Below, piece by piece: positions 62,439 through 64,000 of a stretch of DNA of 64,000 nucleotides. Position 1 is the first letter of the stretch. Each line of letters opens with the position of its first letter. The stretch is from Amoebophrya sp. A120 (Eukaryota; Protista; Dinoflagellata), in assembly GCA_905178155.1 (NCBI GenBank), contig CAJINV010000001.1, positions 5,243,994 through 5,307,993 on the forward strand, written 5' to 3'. Position numbers and translations under genes: made by a program. Below the pieces are notes generated by a model. That model was given only the letters and a program-made list of their open reading frames with translations. It was not told where the DNA came from and did not search any database.

Positions 62439-63404
62439 CTACTCAACATGATCAAAAAAACATCTATACATGACGTAGAGGATGATAATTCCAACGGCCA
62501 CGACCCCGAGCAAGCACTCGGCGTAAAACCAGAGATCGGTGCCCTCTTCCTCCACGGCCGCGGCAGTTGTGGAGGTGGTTTCTGTCGTTTTTGTGCCATT
62601 GGTTGAATTCGTTGTATTTGTCGCGTCCTCGTCCGCGTCCTCGTCGTCTCCTAAGAAACCCGTTTGCAGCCCACTGCTTCGCTTCCGCGTCGTGGTTCTC
62701 AGCGCATGTTGACCCCTTGTTTCAACCTCTGCTCTGCTCAAGTGACTTGTGGCTACAATCGGTCGGCGCGAAGAAGCATAGTTTTTTCGGTCGTGGAAGG
62801 AAGAGCCCTGGGTACTAGAGGTTCTTGTTGGGTCTAGGTCGGACGACTGCGGTTCAACAGCCATAAGTTTTAACAGGGTGCCGTCCAGGGATTGCTGCTG
62901 TTCGCCTTGTGCAGATTTTGCTGTTGAGGCTTTTCCGTTTTTTCCAAGCGCCGACGGTGCTGGTGACATCAATCTAGAGGAAGTACTATTCTCGCGATTG
63001 TGCAGTCCTTGTAGACCGGGATTGCTCGGTTGATGTTCTGCGGTCGCGGAAGCCAGACCTCGCCGCACAGCTTTTCTCGGGTGGTCGGCCCGCGCGGATT
63101 TTCGAACGGACACGGAGTCGTCGTTACTGGGCTGGGTTTCACGAAGGCCGCCGCTCCTGATTCGCAGCTTGGCCTCCCCTCCAGAAGCAGAAGCCGTTGC
63201 ATCTACGAGCTCATCTTGTGTTGCCACCTCCCCGGCGGCATCGAGCGAGGCAGCATCAGCAGTCCGCCTTTCTGGTTTCCGAAGCAATGCGAAGTCGGTG
63301 TCGAGCCCGGAAGCACACGGGGTCCAGAAAGCAGATGTCACCATTGAAGCGACGAAGAAGCTTGCATAGCGCGTCACCATGCAGAGGTTTTGGGCAAGAA
63401 ACAC
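62439..63404 (-). CDS. Type I membrane/surface protein with a Ser/Thr-rich ectodomain
   Basis: Signal-like N-terminus (YASFFVASMVTSAFWTPCASG), Thr-rich stalk, and C-terminal TM LLGVVAVGIIILYVMY. Confidence 0.7.
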   Translation of the reverse strand: MFLAQNLCMVTRYASFFVASMVTSAFWTPCASGLDTDFALLRKPERRTADAASLDAAGEVATQDELVDATASASGGEAKLRIRSGGLRETQPSNDDSVSVRKSARADHPRKAVRRGLASATAEHQPSNPGLQGLHNRENSTSSRLMSPAPSALGKNGKASTAKSAQGEQQQSLDGTLLKLMAVEPQSSDLDPTRTSSTQGSSFHDRKNYASSRRPIVATSHLSRAEVETRGQHALRTTTRKRSSGLQTGFLGDDEDADEDATNTTNSTNGTKTTETTSTTAAAVEEEGTDLWFYAECLLGVVAVGIIILYVMYRCFFDHVE

Positions 63405-64000
63405 AAAACGCGATGGCCACGAGAAGGTTTTACCGCGTTGCGCAGTAGCATCGTGTTTTTGACGGAATTCTTAGCTTTGCAGATGAGTTTCGGTATTCAA
63501 TCATCGTTTTCGTCGTACAAATCCAACTAGTATTCTTTGGTCCGATAATTGCAGTAATTCTACAAACCAGCTCTTTTTTTCGTTCTCTTGAGTACCAAAA
63601 GTACCTACGCGATCTGAATCACAGAGCGTGCGAGACGAAGCGCTCTAACGAATTTGAAACGACTGCAGCGACATCAAAACCTCATCGAGATGCGATTCCA
63701 AAAACGATTGCGATCTGCGAACCCCAGTGTGTGGTCAGATATGAAAGTTCCATGCGTACGTACCTATCAAGCTCCGAGACTTTTCGTCCTTCTCGGAGGA
63801 GCACCACCCCCACCCCGTTCGTCCCTTTACTAACCCCAGCTACACAACAAACACAACTCCTGCTTGCAAATAAATTTGAAGCCACAAATTTGAAATTGCA
63901 ACACATCGTTGAAGACACGATGATTGCAATCGAATCTTCGTTCTCGCGTCGACAGTAGAGGTTGTACAAGCAGCCCTTTCAGCTTTTTTCGAAGTTAATA

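Noticed and set aside
1-64000. rRNA, tRNA, dinoflagellate spliced-leader relics, transposase or reverse transcriptase ORFs
   Set aside because: None recognised by eye; a covariance-model or HMM scan would be needed to exclude them formally.

Overview
This window is eukaryotic, intron-rich DNA in which every recognisable gene lies on the minus strand. The unidirectional gene block, the non-GT-AG splice junctions and the introns bounded by terminal inverted repeats resemble Amoebophrya-like (syndinian/alveolate) parasite genomes; that assignment is an inference. The left ~53 kb is a cluster of mostly signal-peptide-bearing genes. It holds three tandem M35/aspzincin metallopeptidases (0-12 kb) and what looks like an exported ubiquitin-like conjugation toolkit: one UBA1-type E1 (34.6-41.2 kb), three divergent E2/UBC-fold paralogs (21-30 kb), four related small ubiquitin-like proteins (13.5, 31.5, 42.5 and 44.7 kb), an OTU-like protease (~48-51 kb) and a possible ADP-ribosyltransferase (51-53 kb). 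The right end carries HGPRT, an ACC-synthase-like PLP enzyme, a hypothetical protein and a type I membrane protein. At least four introns look like MITE-type introners. All multi-exon models were stitched by eye, so their boundaries are approximate.
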